From an uncultured Desulfobacterales bacterium (GTDB taxonomy: Bacteria > Desulfobacterota > Desulfobacteria > Desulfobacterales > C00003060), in NCBI GenBank assembly GCA_964502365.1, contig CAZCWQ010000001.1, forward strand, positions 8,053-72,052: a stretch of DNA of 64,000 nucleotides, given 5' to 3'. Below, in pieces: positions 9,913 through 19,230 of this stretch; position 1 is the first letter of the stretch, and the number at the start of each line of letters is the position of its first letter. A program made the position numbers and the translations under genes. The notes beneath the pieces were generated by a model that had not been told where the DNA came from, did no database searches, and was given only the letters and a program-made list of their open reading frames with translations.

Positions 9913-11055
9913 TTAAGATGCCTTAGGCAGTGTAAAGTAGAAGGTTGCGCCTTTATCTGGCTCAGACTCGACCCAGACCTTGCCACCGTGTTCACGTATA
10001 ATCCTATCAACAATTGGAAGGCCTAGGCCCGTTCCTTCCTTGTCTTCTATTTGTTCTAATCGCTGGTACATCTCAAATATCTTGTGGTGATAATTAGAAT
10101 CGATTCCGATGCCATTATCCCTAACAGAAAATTGATGAGCCTCTCCCTTGTCTTCGTATCTGATCTCGATCTCAGGGTTCTCAGTATTCCCTATAAACTT
10201 GATAGCATTTGTTAGCAAGTTGTCAAAAACCTGATAGATTTTCTCTTCATCACAGTGGATGGTGGGAAGGTTGCCTGCCATAAGTAGCTTTATTCCTTTC
10301 TCCTTGACCCTGCCTTGAAGGGCAGAGGTTACGTTTTTTACTAGCTCAAGCGAAGGGACATCCTTAAAAGTGGTGGCTACCCGGCCAAGCCTTAACAGTG
10401 CCCCAAGGTCAGAGACCAATACCTCCATTCGGCGGGCATTGACCTTGATGTGATTGACATAGTCTAGGCACTCTTGCCCCAGTTCTTCTTGATAGTGCTT
10501 TAGTATCAGTGAAGAAAACCCGCTGATGGCATAGATGGGGGTCTTCATGTCATGTGAGACAATATGCATAAAGTCCTTAAGGTCCTCGTTTATTTTTCGA
10601 AGTGTCTCCTCGGCCCGCTTCCGATCTGTGATGTCATGGGAAAAAATAGCGATTCGCCCTACGTTTCCCTTTCCATCGAAGACAGGATAGACATTGTTGT
10701 CCAAGTACCTTCCGTCTCTTTGATCTTCGAACCGCACAGGGTTCCCCGAGCAGATGACCTCCTTGACTCGTTGTTTTCTGTCTTTGGCGATAGTGGCAGG
10801 GAGTACGTCATAATAATTCACGCCAACAAGTTTTTCCATGGCGTTCCCAAGTCTTTGGTGAGCTGTTTCATTCAAAGCAAGGATGGCCCCTTCGGTATCA
10901 ATTAGCAAAGCCGATTCAGTTGGGGCGTTTAGGAGCGCTCGCGCTGTCTCTTCGCTCTTCCGGCGTTTCTCTTCAGTCCGTTTCCATTGAATTGCCATCT
11001 GTTCTAACTGCTCGACTCTCTTTTCCAACTCTTCATATGTGGGCTTTGTCTCCAT
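9913..11055 (-). CDS. cytoplasmic PAS-domain sensor histidine kinase
   Basis: Coiled-coil N-terminus and a PAS region. H-box is VSHDMKTPI, with HATPase motifs DNGIGI and GTGLGL. Confidence 0.85.
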   Translation of the reverse strand: METKPTYEELEKRVEQLEQMAIQWKRTEEKRRKSEETARALLNAPTESALLIDTEGAILALNETAHQRLGNAMEKLVGVNYYDVLPATIAKDRKQRVKEVICSGNPVRFEDQRDGRYLDNNVYPVFDGKGNVGRIAIFSHDITDRKRAEETLRKINEDLKDFMHIVSHDMKTPIYAISGFSSLILKHYQEELGQECLDYVNHIKVNARRMEVLVSDLGALLRLGRVATTFKDVPSLELVKNVTSALQGRVKEKGIKLLMAGNLPTIHCDEEKIYQVFDNLLTNAIKFIGNTENPEIEIRYEDKGEAHQFSVRDNGIGIDSNYHHKIFEMYQRLEQIEDKEGTGLGLPIVDRIIREHGGKVWVESEPDKGATFYFTLPKAS

Positions 11056-11328
11056 CGTAACATCCTTCTATAGAAGACCTCGCGAAATGCCTCTGTTAGT
11101 TGTAAAATTAGCATTTTTCGTGGCTGAAAACTTATTGAGAATATTTAACTGGTTACGCGTAACGGATCCGGGTTGCAAGTTGCGACTTACAGCACTCTCT
11201 CTTCTTAACGCGCATCTCGTAGCATTCTAGCACTGAAAGGAATTCTACTATTCAATCTTACAAGACTGTTTGGTTCCGGCTTGTCCGGGTTGGGTGTGTT
11301 ATATAGGGAATGCGCTCACACTACCACT

Positions 11329-11571
11329 TCACTTCTTCAGTTTTTTGGCGATATAGATTCGAAGAGGACATTCACAAATATATTCATAGTCAACAGCTAG
11401 TGAGAATTTACACTCCCATGGCTTTTTTTCCTTACATAACAAGAATGATTCTCTTCCAACATCTTTTGCCTTACATAGAATCTCAAATCCCGACTTGTAG
11501 CACACAAAATCCTTCGGGCACTTGAACTCACCAACGATTTCGTGCAGTTCCATCTTGCACTCTCGCGACAT
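11329..11571 (-). CDS. small Cys-rich protein (paralog of 61663-61902 and 61926-62165)
   Basis: 80 aa. The Cys spacing C-x5-C-x8-C...C-x11-C-x-CP-x-R is shared with the two tandem ORFs at 61.7-62.2 kb. Confidence 0.55.
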   Translation of the reverse strand: MSRECKMELHEIVGEFKCPKDFVCYKSGFEILCKAKDVGRESFLLCKEKKPWECKFSLAVDYEYICECPLRIYIAKKLKK

Positions 11572-11648
11572 AAGGCTTCTCCTTTGACATCATTATGAAT
11601 TCGCCCGTCTTCTCATGGCCAAGTTGGATTCGACAGGCTTGTTAACGA

Positions 11649-12284
11649 TTATGATTTAGCCTTTCCAATCAGAAAAATACCGTAGGTAGCGCGCAGAGTG
11701 GGTAAGAATTGAATGGTGTCTCCCCGTCTGTCATGGTTGCGGCTGCTGATAGCTACCTCTTTGATGATACTAAAGCCAACTTCTTTTGAGAACTTCCTGA
11801 AATCCTTTATCGTAATGACTCGAATATTGGGGGTGTCGTACCACTCATAAGGCAGCTGCTTTGTTATGGGGGCATAGCCCGTCATGAGAAGTTGGAGGCG
11901 TACACGCCAATGGCTGAAATTGGGGAAGCTCACGATTCCCTTTCTCCCAATTTGCAACAAAGACTGGATCAACTTCTGCGGTTCATAGACCTGCTGGAGG
12001 GTTTGACTCAATATGACATAGTCAAAGGTATCATCCGGGTAATCCAAGACCTCTTCATTGATGTCGCCCTGGAGCACCGACAATCCCCTCTCAATACAAT
12101 GGGCAACCTTGGCTTCAACACGTTCGATCCCAGTGCAGGCCACCCCCTTCTTTTCCTTGAGATAATAAAGCAGATCCCCTTCGCCGCAACCAAGATCGAG
12201 AACCTTGGATCCTGGTTCAATCCAGGATGCGATTATCTGAAGATCAAAACGCATCCTGTTATTCTTGAGGTTCATTGTAGACAC
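11649..12284 (-). CDS. metW: methionine biosynthesis protein MetW
   Basis: SAM-methyltransferase-fold motif VLDLGCGEGDLL. It lies immediately downstream of, and overlaps, metX, the classical metXW arrangement. Confidence 0.85.
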   Translation of the reverse strand: MSTMNLKNNRMRFDLQIIASWIEPGSKVLDLGCGEGDLLYYLKEKKGVACTGIERVEAKVAHCIERGLSVLQGDINEEVLDYPDDTFDYVILSQTLQQVYEPQKLIQSLLQIGRKGIVSFPNFSHWRVRLQLLMTGYAPITKQLPYEWYDTPNIRVITIKDFRKFSKEVGFSIIKEVAISSRNHDRRGDTIQFLPTLRATYGIFLIGKAKS

Positions 12285-13431
12285 GTTCTAGAAATCCTTT
12301 CACCAGTGCGGACAGTCGCTCATTGGGCAGAAGAAAAGCGTCATGGCCCCACTCTGCCTCGATTTCACAAAAGCTCACATCAAGACCGTTCTTTTTCATG
12401 GCCTGCACCATAGCCTTGGATTGATAAGTAGGATACAGCCAATCGGAAGTGAAGGAAACGACCAGGAATTTGGCCTTTGCCTTGGAAAAGGCTTTGACTG
12501 CTGATCCAGAGTCATGTTGATTTTCCAGGTCAAAGTAGTCTGAAGCCTTTGTAATATATAAGAAGGAATTGGCGTCGAAACGTTCGACGAACTTTGTGCC
12601 CTGGTAGCGAAGATAACTCTCCACTTGAAAATCGGCGCCAAAATTGAAAGAAAAATCGCTTTTTTCCTGCAGTCTACGCCCAAACTTGTGCCTCATAGCC
12701 TCGTCGGACAAATAGGTAATGTGGCCGATCATGCGGGCGACGGCCAGTCCAAGGTCTGGTTTCGGCCCTGAATAGTAGTTTCCGTTGTTCCAAATCGGAT
12801 CTGCCATGATCGCTTGCCTGGCCACCTCATTGAAGGCAATGGCAAGCGCAGAATGCCTTGTTGTAGTTGCCAGCGGAACAGCCGACACAACCATGTCGGG
12901 ATATCTCACGCACCACTCGAGAACCTGCATCCCTCCTATGGACCCGCCGATTAGACAGAGGATGCTTCTTATGCCTAGATGGTCCATTAGCGCCTTTTGA
13001 GCCTTGACCATGTCTCCTATGGTCACCACAGGGAAATCGAGTCCATATGGCTGGTTTGTCTTGGGATTGATGGAGGAAGGCCCAGTGGAACCCATGCAAC
13101 TACCCAGAATATTTGAGCAGATAACGAAGTATTTGTTGGTATCAATTCCCTTGCCCGGGCCGACCATAATGTCCCACCATCCCGGCTTTGAGTCATCTTC
13201 TCCATAGTAACCGGCCACATGGGAATCCCCGGACAGGGCATGAAGGATCAAAATGACATTGTTCTTGTCGTGGTCCAGCTTCCCATAGGTTTCATAGGCA
13301 AGGGTAATTGGCCCCAGCTTAGCCCCACTTTCCAAGGTCGCCTCGTGGGGCGGTTGGGCAAAGGAGTAAAACCTCTTTTCAACTATCCCAACTGATATAC
13401 CTTGTCTGTCATGTTCGATGTATTCACTCAT
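12259..13431 (-). CDS. metX: homoserine O-acetyltransferase MetX
   Basis: Alpha/beta hydrolase with nucleophile elbow GGSIGG, about 390 aa, with family-typical N-terminal region. Confidence 0.9.
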   Translation of the reverse strand: MSEYIEHDRQGISVGIVEKRFYSFAQPPHEATLESGAKLGPITLAYETYGKLDHDKNNVILILHALSGDSHVAGYYGEDDSKPGWWDIMVGPGKGIDTNKYFVICSNILGSCMGSTGPSSINPKTNQPYGLDFPVVTIGDMVKAQKALMDHLGIRSILCLIGGSIGGMQVLEWCVRYPDMVVSAVPLATTTRHSALAIAFNEVARQAIMADPIWNNGNYYSGPKPDLGLAVARMIGHITYLSDEAMRHKFGRRLQEKSDFSFNFGADFQVESYLRYQGTKFVERFDANSFLYITKASDYFDLENQHDSGSAVKAFSKAKAKFLVVSFTSDWLYPTYQSKAMVQAMKKNGLDVSFCEIEAEWGHDAFLLPNERLSALVKGFLERVYNEPQE

Positions 13432-13433
13432 TC

Positions 13434-14690
13434 CTACACCTTGGACAATGCTTGTTCCAGATCCTCACAGATATCCTCCACCGCCTCAATACCAACTGAT
13501 AAGCGGATCATGTCGGGGGTGATGGACAGTTTCTTCCTGGTTGCGTCATCAAAGGAGACATACTGGGATGAGTATGGATGGATCACCAGGGTTTTACAGT
13601 CTCCCAAATTGGCCAAGTGGTAGATCAGATTGAGACTATCGATGAACTGAAAGCAAGTCGCCTGGTCCTTAAGACCGAAGGCCAGCATTCCGCCAAAGCC
13701 TCTATCGTCAAATTGCCTTCGGGCAATTGCGTATGATGGGTGGTCCTCCAGCCCCGGATAGTTTACCCAACGCACCTCAGGTAACTTCTTAAGGAATCGG
13801 GCCACCTCCACGGTGTTGGCCATATGGCGCTCCATGCGAAGGGCCAGGGTGTCGAGACCAATCATCGTAAGGTATGAGTGTAGGGGAGCCTGGGTGGTCC
13901 CAAAGTTGATGTGATGTTCCCGCCAGACCTTGTCCAGAAAGGCCAGCGGTCCTTTCCGCCCCACAAAAGGTTGGAAATCCGAGAACCGTTCCCGGTCCCA
14001 GGAAAAACTCCCGCCATCAATGACTACCCCTCCCACGGCTGCACCGTGTCCGCTCAAATACTTGGTGGTGGAATGGATTACCACATCGGCTCCCAGTTCC
14101 AAGGGGCGACAGAGATAGGGTGTGGCCAGCGTGTTGTCAACCAGCAAGGGGACGCCACGCTGGTGTGCGATCTCAGCAACGGCAGCCAGGTCTGGAATAT
14201 CCATCTTGGGATTACCGATGGTTTCCAAGTAAACAAAGCGGGTCTTTGAGTTGATGGCCTTCTTAATTGCCTCGGAGTCAGTGGACTCAACCAGGCGTGC
14301 AGTAATGCCATATTTCTTGAAGACATTAGTAAAAAGCAGATACGTGGACATGAAAAGGGAATTCCCCGTTACAAACTCGTCTCCAGCACGGAGTAAAGCC
14401 ATGCACGCGTTTGTAACGGCTGCCATGCCAGAAGACATGACCACCGCTGCCAGTCCACCCTCCAGAGCAGCCAGTTTCTCCTCCAGGATGCGATTAGTAG
14501 GGTTCGTAAGCCGCATGTAGATGTGATCAGTCCTCTTGCCGGCAAAGGTTTGGCTAAGGTTCTCTGCCGTGGGGTGCATATGAGAAGCCGTCTGGAAGAT
14601 AGGGGCCAAGGTTGCGCCGCTCCAATCTTCAGGCGACTGGGCCGCGTGAATGACCTGAGTGTGGAAACGGTAGGGATTTTCTTGACTCAT
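13434..14690 (-). CDS. metY: O-acetylhomoserine aminocarboxypropyltransferase / sulfhydrylase (MetY)
   Basis: Cys/Met-metabolism PLP enzyme with the lysine site HSTTKYLSGHG. It sits 2 nt upstream of metX. Confidence 0.9.
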   Translation of the reverse strand: MSQENPYRFHTQVIHAAQSPEDWSGATLAPIFQTASHMHPTAENLSQTFAGKRTDHIYMRLTNPTNRILEEKLAALEGGLAAVVMSSGMAAVTNACMALLRAGDEFVTGNSLFMSTYLLFTNVFKKYGITARLVESTDSEAIKKAINSKTRFVYLETIGNPKMDIPDLAAVAEIAHQRGVPLLVDNTLATPYLCRPLELGADVVIHSTTKYLSGHGAAVGGVVIDGGSFSWDRERFSDFQPFVGRKGPLAFLDKVWREHHINFGTTQAPLHSYLTMIGLDTLALRMERHMANTVEVARFLKKLPEVRWVNYPGLEDHPSYAIARRQFDDRGFGGMLAFGLKDQATCFQFIDSLNLIYHLANLGDCKTLVIHPYSSQYVSFDDATRKKLSITPDMIRLSVGIEAVEDICEDLEQALSKV

Positions 14691-14691
14691 G

Positions 14692-15093
14692 TTAACTCCC
14701 TTCTGGTTTCAGCAATGGCTGAAAGACCCTGCAATCTCTGCACATCTTCATCTTCTTCTTCCAGTTTGTTTGGACTGTTCCATCACAGATGGTCCCATTA
14801 ATAAACCAGCACAACCGACCGGCTCGAAATTCCCATGCCGGGCATCTTTGTCTGTGTTCCTGAGAACATTTTTTTATGACCCAGCACGACTTCTGTCGCT
14901 TCATCGCCCATGGCTTTCTTGAAACCAGGAAGAAGACCTGTCTTTCCACATGGGCCGGCACTGATCGCCATCCTTGCTCGTAGCTTCGGACAGCCTTTAC
15001 AGAAGTCCCCAGGAGTTGGGCCATTTCTTCTTGCGTCTTATTAAGCTTTTTTCGGAAATCTAGAAATTCTTTGCTGTCCACAGAAATATTCAA
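14692..15093 (-). CDS. XRE-type HTH regulator with C-terminal Cys-rich (two-CW-like) domain
   Basis: HTH is KTQEEMAQLLGTSVKAVRSYEQG. The C-terminus is CWVIKKC...CPAW...CWFINGTIC...CRDC. Its stop TAA lies 1 nt before the metY ATG. The start was moved to TTG 15093 (or GTG 15081) because the longer ORF runs through the promoter/operator repeats. Confidence 0.6.
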   Translation of the reverse strand: MNISVDSKEFLDFRKKLNKTQEEMAQLLGTSVKAVRSYEQGWRSVPAHVERQVFFLVSRKPWAMKRQKSCWVIKKCSQEHRQRCPAWEFRAGRLCWFINGTICDGTVQTNWKKKMKMCRDCRVFQPLLKPEGS

Positions 15094-15109
15094 AAGACCC
15101 TTGGTATTT

Positions 15110-15164
15110 GGTACCACAATGTGGCACCTATGTACCAAGTACCACAATGTGGCACCAGGGTCAA
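15110..15164 (-). promoter_or_regulatory. promoter with two tandem operator-like imperfect palindromes
   Basis: GGTACCACAATGTGGCACC at 15110-15128 and GTACCACAATGTGGCACC at 15139-15156, period 28 bp. Read on the minus strand they follow TTGACC (15159-15164), so they occupy the spacer and the region just downstream. Confidence 0.55.
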
Positions 15165-15238
15165 CAATAAAAAAACCGCCTTTACGTGACTGTGGACAAG
15201 TTGATGGGAAAGCGACCCCGCCCAAGGGTTTCTAATTT

Positions 15239-15490
15239 CTAGGCTGCATCCTTCTCCTGGTTACACCATTTCCTATACTTGCATGGAAACTCACCACAAG
15301 ACTTACCCGGTTTGTCAAAACAGTCTAACTGCCCTGTACTCAATTGTTTTCTGCGAATTATAGGAGTAATCACTCTTCTAAAGCATGAATCACATAGTGA
15401 TGACGAGACAGTGCCTGGGCCCCAACAGCGGGAGCAGTCTTTTTCCCACTCTTTTGAACAGTTAAGGCACTTTACACGCAGCTTGTTCAT
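15239..15490 (-). CDS. small Cys-rich hypothetical protein
   Basis: 83 aa with CLNC, CSRC, CDSC and DCF...C...C.YRKWC motifs. No family name recalled. Confidence 0.4.
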   Translation of the reverse strand: MNKLRVKCLNCSKEWEKDCSRCWGPGTVSSSLCDSCFRRVITPIIRRKQLSTGQLDCFDKPGKSCGEFPCKYRKWCNQEKDAA

Positions 15491-15854
15491 ATGATACTCC
15501 GAATCGAGTGGAATTCATCGGCATATACTGCCCACCTTTTCTTCTATACACGGGCACAACGTATCTGATGTGCTCTAGTGAGTTTCATACTTCATCATAG
15601 AAGCTTTCTATACTAAAATAATAGGGTTTCAGCCCTGAAAAGCAAGTGGGGTGAACACTGTATTTTTGAAAAAAGACCCCTATATTCTTTGATTGGGTTA
15701 TACGGTGGTTTGGTAAGTAGATAAAAAAGCCTCTGGTGTGGGTTATGCAACATGGGGTACGAAACTAGGTGAAGACTGCGGGCTATTCTTTCGGAAAGGC
15801 ATCATCTGATACCAACCGACCAGCTTCTTGCTATAAGTACCCATCACAGCCTTG

Positions 15855-16892
15855 TCAACGGGTCTGGAATCTAATGGAGAGGCCGATTTCAACCCTTCTG
15901 TTTTTTGCGCGACCCTCATAGGTGTCGTTGGATGCGATGGGCGACGTCTCTCCTTTCCCGTTGGCAGTGATGAGGTCCTTCCGTATCCCCTTGCTAACCA
16001 GATAGTCCTTTACAGACGCAGCTCTTCTCTTTGAGAGCGCCAGGTTGTCTTCTGCGGGCCCAAGGTCGTCTGTATGCCCTTCGAGATGAATCTTGCCAAC
16101 GGGAATCTGGTTCAACAATGCGCAAGCCGTGTCGAGGGATGGGAGGCACATATTCAGGATTCTATCGCTATTGGCTCGAAAAAGGGTATAAGAAATGTAT
16201 GGTCTAACCAGGCCATAAAAGGCATCGGTTAACCTCGTCACAGCCGTTTGATGGTCTTTTTCTGAAACCAAGTATATGTGTTCCCAGGCCGTTAATAGGT
16301 GTCTTAGGGCCTCCTTGTTCAGTTTTTCGTGGCGGGAAAGATCTCTATTGAATTCAGTGCCGAAAGCATTAAGGCCTGATATGTCCTCTTGTTTGCCAAG
16401 CCTATCAACGAGTTGGTGTATGAGCAGGTTTCGTTTCTGCACAAGGAATTCGCCGGCATAGAGATTAAGAAAAAAAAAGTTCGGATCTTCCCTCGAAACT
16501 TCTTCCAACCCTTTTGAGATAAGCTTGTATGCTCCGTCGAGGTCTCCCTTTCGCACGAGTCTGTGTAGCTTCCCATTTAAAGTCTCGGATTTCTCGTCTG
16601 GGGCCTGTTCACTTGAAAGAGATGCTGCGGCTAAGCTGGGATTTGATTCCATCGTCTCAAGGCCGTCTTCCTCGTTCTCCCATGAACTGGAATTCCAACC
16701 GTCTTCTTGGGGACCAAATCCTAAAGGGCCGGCAGTGTCGTGTTCTGCAAAAGTAAGGGCAGTTAGGAATGGGTCAACTTCAGGTGGGCTGTCCAGGCCT
16801 TCTTCCTGGATTGTTCCAAGACACTTGACAGGGACAGACATAAGAAAAACAAAAAATAGGGCGATTACGGGTTTTCCCATCATCCAGTTCAT
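15855..16892 (-). CDS. OmpA-family protein (C-terminal peptidoglycan-binding domain)
   Basis: Signal peptide present. The C-terminal GHTDDLGPAEDNLALSKRRAASVKDYL...NRRVEI is a canonical OmpA-like domain. Confidence 0.8.
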   Translation of the reverse strand: MNWMMGKPVIALFFVFLMSVPVKCLGTIQEEGLDSPPEVDPFLTALTFAEHDTAGPLGFGPQEDGWNSSSWENEEDGLETMESNPSLAAASLSSEQAPDEKSETLNGKLHRLVRKGDLDGAYKLISKGLEEVSREDPNFFFLNLYAGEFLVQKRNLLIHQLVDRLGKQEDISGLNAFGTEFNRDLSRHEKLNKEALRHLLTAWEHIYLVSEKDHQTAVTRLTDAFYGLVRPYISYTLFRANSDRILNMCLPSLDTACALLNQIPVGKIHLEGHTDDLGPAEDNLALSKRRAASVKDYLVSKGIRKDLITANGKGETSPIASNDTYEGRAKNRRVEIGLSIRFQTR

Positions 16893-16985
16893 TGAAGGAT
16901 CGATAAAACTTCGACGGCATCTGCCACCGCGCCAACCCTAAAACCATGCATTTCCAAACAGGGAGAGGAAACACAGGCACCAAGC

Positions 16986-17909
16986 TCATTCAAAGGCGGC
17001 ATATACTTGAATTCTGCTATTGTTTGTATCAGCAACAAAAACTTCCCCTTTGTTGTTGATGCACAGTTGAGACGGATAGTTCAAGAGCCCTTCTTTCCAT
17101 CCCATGTTGGTCTGCCGGCCAAGAAAAGAGCCGTTCTGGCCAAGGGTGACTATACTGCTTCCGTTTCTATCCACCAGATAAATCCGTCCCCTGGTGTCTG
17201 TGTCCATTGATGTGGGAAAGCGTACATATTCCTTCAAGTTCTGGGTCAAGGGAGAAAACTTCTCGGAACCTTTGAGGGCCAAAAACACCGTGGCGTTTAC
17301 ACTGTCAATTAACAATACATCCCCTTTAGGATCTACTGTCACGTCTGACAGAAACCCATAGTTTTCCGGAAAATCAAGCTGTTTCTGATATGCCCCTTCA
17401 GGGTCAAGGACAAGGACCCGAGAAGAAAATATGTCCAAGACGTATATCTGGTCTTTCTCGTCGATCTCAAAGCTTCTTGGAACAATGGACGCCGGCGAAG
17501 GTGTCCCTGTGGGCTCAAGATAATCTTTAAACTCGCCTTGTGGCGACAGGCGAACAATGCGGCGCTGCCTGCCGTCGAGGACGTAGATCTCGTTCTTTGA
17601 ATTCATCTTGACCATGATGGGATAGACCACCTCAGGCACCTTGATCGGTACTGTTTGGCCTCCCAATGTTTTGTCCTCAAAGGTGTACTGTAAGAGTCGA
17701 CCGTTTCCCGTGTCGGCCACAATCAGGAGGCCCTCGTCGTTACAAACCACCCCCTCCGGCTGCCTGAGGCCCACCCCTTTGTCATCGGCATATATGGACG
17801 CAACATGCCTGAACTTCACCATCTGGCCACAGAAGGACTTCACCGGCCAGAACACTAAAACCGTTAACGCCATGATTACTGCAAGTATTCTGTCTAAGCC
17901 TTTGCTCAT
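16986..17909 (-). CDS. NHL-repeat beta-propeller protein
   Basis: Start chosen at ATG 17909 (MSKGLDRILAVIMALTVLVF signal), 4 nt after the upstream cytochrome stop. Repeated ...YV.D..N.R(I/L)... NHL-type blades. Confidence 0.75.
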   Translation of the reverse strand: MSKGLDRILAVIMALTVLVFWPVKSFCGQMVKFRHVASIYADDKGVGLRQPEGVVCNDEGLLIVADTGNGRLLQYTFEDKTLGGQTVPIKVPEVVYPIMVKMNSKNEIYVLDGRQRRIVRLSPQGEFKDYLEPTGTPSPASIVPRSFEIDEKDQIYVLDIFSSRVLVLDPEGAYQKQLDFPENYGFLSDVTVDPKGDVLLIDSVNATVFLALKGSEKFSPLTQNLKEYVRFPTSMDTDTRGRIYLVDRNGSSIVTLGQNGSFLGRQTNMGWKEGLLNYPSQLCINNKGEVFVADTNNSRIQVYAAFE

Positions 17910-17913
17910 CTTG

Positions 17914-19230
17914 TTATCTCTTCCGTTCCGTGTGGCACTGGATGCACAGGTCATAGACAGTGGCAAATGGCATCATCGCAGGCTTGTTCCCTGTGCCGCA
18001 AGCCTTATGACAGCTTAGACACTCCACAGTGAGGTTCCTGTTCCTTTGGTCTACAACCTTTTCACCAATCGGATGTGTTGAGTGGGTCTGCCATTCGTGG
18101 CAACGGCCGCACAGCTCTATGCTGATAGACTCTTGTGAAATGAGCAGGACGTTATCTGAGGCGTGCGGAGAATGGCAGGCGATGCAATTGCCCGTCTTTA
18201 CGGGTTCGCACAACTTCGGGTTCTTGGGATTACTTATTGACCATTTTTGAAGTTCCACTGTATCGGAATGACACCTCCCGCAAAGATCGACAATGGCCCT
18301 CTTTAAGAGTTTCCCCTGCTTGGTGGCGTGGGGCCCATGACAATTCAAACATCCAGTCTGATCCACCAAAGGCCAGTGTGTGCGATTCTGGTTGAGCGTC
18401 TTATCAATCAGTTTCTTGTGACACTGCATGCACAACTCAGTGCCCTGCCATTTGGTCTTCAACGGGTTGGCCGAAGTTGGTTCTTGGTGGCATGCACTAC
18501 ACTGCTGTTTGCTCACAGGAACATGGGCATCGGCGAACACCATGCCCCTATCATTGGAGCCATGGGGGTCATGGCAGGAGCCACAGTTCGTCTTGGCCAC
18601 AGGGTAATTCATGTGCTTCCTGGAAAAAGAAGGTTTGCCCGTGTCATGGCACTCCACACAGAGGGAAGGGGCATCCTTCTTCAATAAGAAATCAGATTTC
18701 TCTGAGGCGTGCGGGTTATGGCAATTGAGGCACCCCTTTTTCGTGTTCAAGGGTTTATGTTTGAACCGGTTCTTCTTGACTTGGTTCCCCATGTCCTGGT
18801 GGCAATCAAAGCAAAGCTCGTTGCCTGTGTTGACCAGCTGAAACTGGTTGTCCGATCCGTGGGGATCGTGGCATTTGTTGCACTTGCCTTCTGCAACAAC
18901 CATATGGACCTTTTGTGCCTTCTCAGGCATCACGTCCTTATGGCAGTTGGAGCAAAGCCTCGTCGGCCCTGCGGTCAACAAGCCCTTGTGAGAAGATGTA
19001 TGAGGCTCATGGCATGCGGAACACTCGCCCCTTTTCATCAGAGGATGTACATAAGGGCTCTTAATCGTTTTTTGAAAGGTCTCATGACATTTCAGGCATA
19101 GTTGCCCTTTGGCCCCCAGCTTGAGTTTGTGTTTGCCCTCTGGGCGAGCACGAGTCGCCATAAGCAAAGTGCTCATGAGGCAGACCAGCAAGACAGTGGC
19201 GCGGCGCAGGTCAAGTTTCAATGGTCTCAT
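17914..19230 (-). CDS. multiheme c-type cytochrome, 16 CXXCH motifs
   Basis: I counted 16 CXXCH motifs. The start at 19230 forms an ATGA overlap with the upstream 26-heme gene stop, followed by a signal/TM segment. Confidence 0.9.
   Translation of the reverse strand: MRPLKLDLRRATVLLVCLMSTLLMATRARPEGKHKLKLGAKGQLCLKCHETFQKTIKSPYVHPLMKRGECSACHEPHTSSHKGLLTAGPTRLCSNCHKDVMPEKAQKVHMVVAEGKCNKCHDPHGSDNQFQLVNTGNELCFDCHQDMGNQVKKNRFKHKPLNTKKGCLNCHNPHASEKSDFLLKKDAPSLCVECHDTGKPSFSRKHMNYPVAKTNCGSCHDPHGSNDRGMVFADAHVPVSKQQCSACHQEPTSANPLKTKWQGTELCMQCHKKLIDKTLNQNRTHWPLVDQTGCLNCHGPHATKQGKLLKRAIVDLCGRCHSDTVELQKWSISNPKNPKLCEPVKTGNCIACHSPHASDNVLLISQESISIELCGRCHEWQTHSTHPIGEKVVDQRNRNLTVECLSCHKACGTGNKPAMMPFATVYDLCIQCHTERKR

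Noticed and set aside
11152-11163. Perfect 12-bp palindrome GTTACGCGTAAC upstream of the PAS kinase gene.
   Set aside because: It is a single short palindrome with no second copy or adjacent promoter elements identified, which is insufficient for an operator call.
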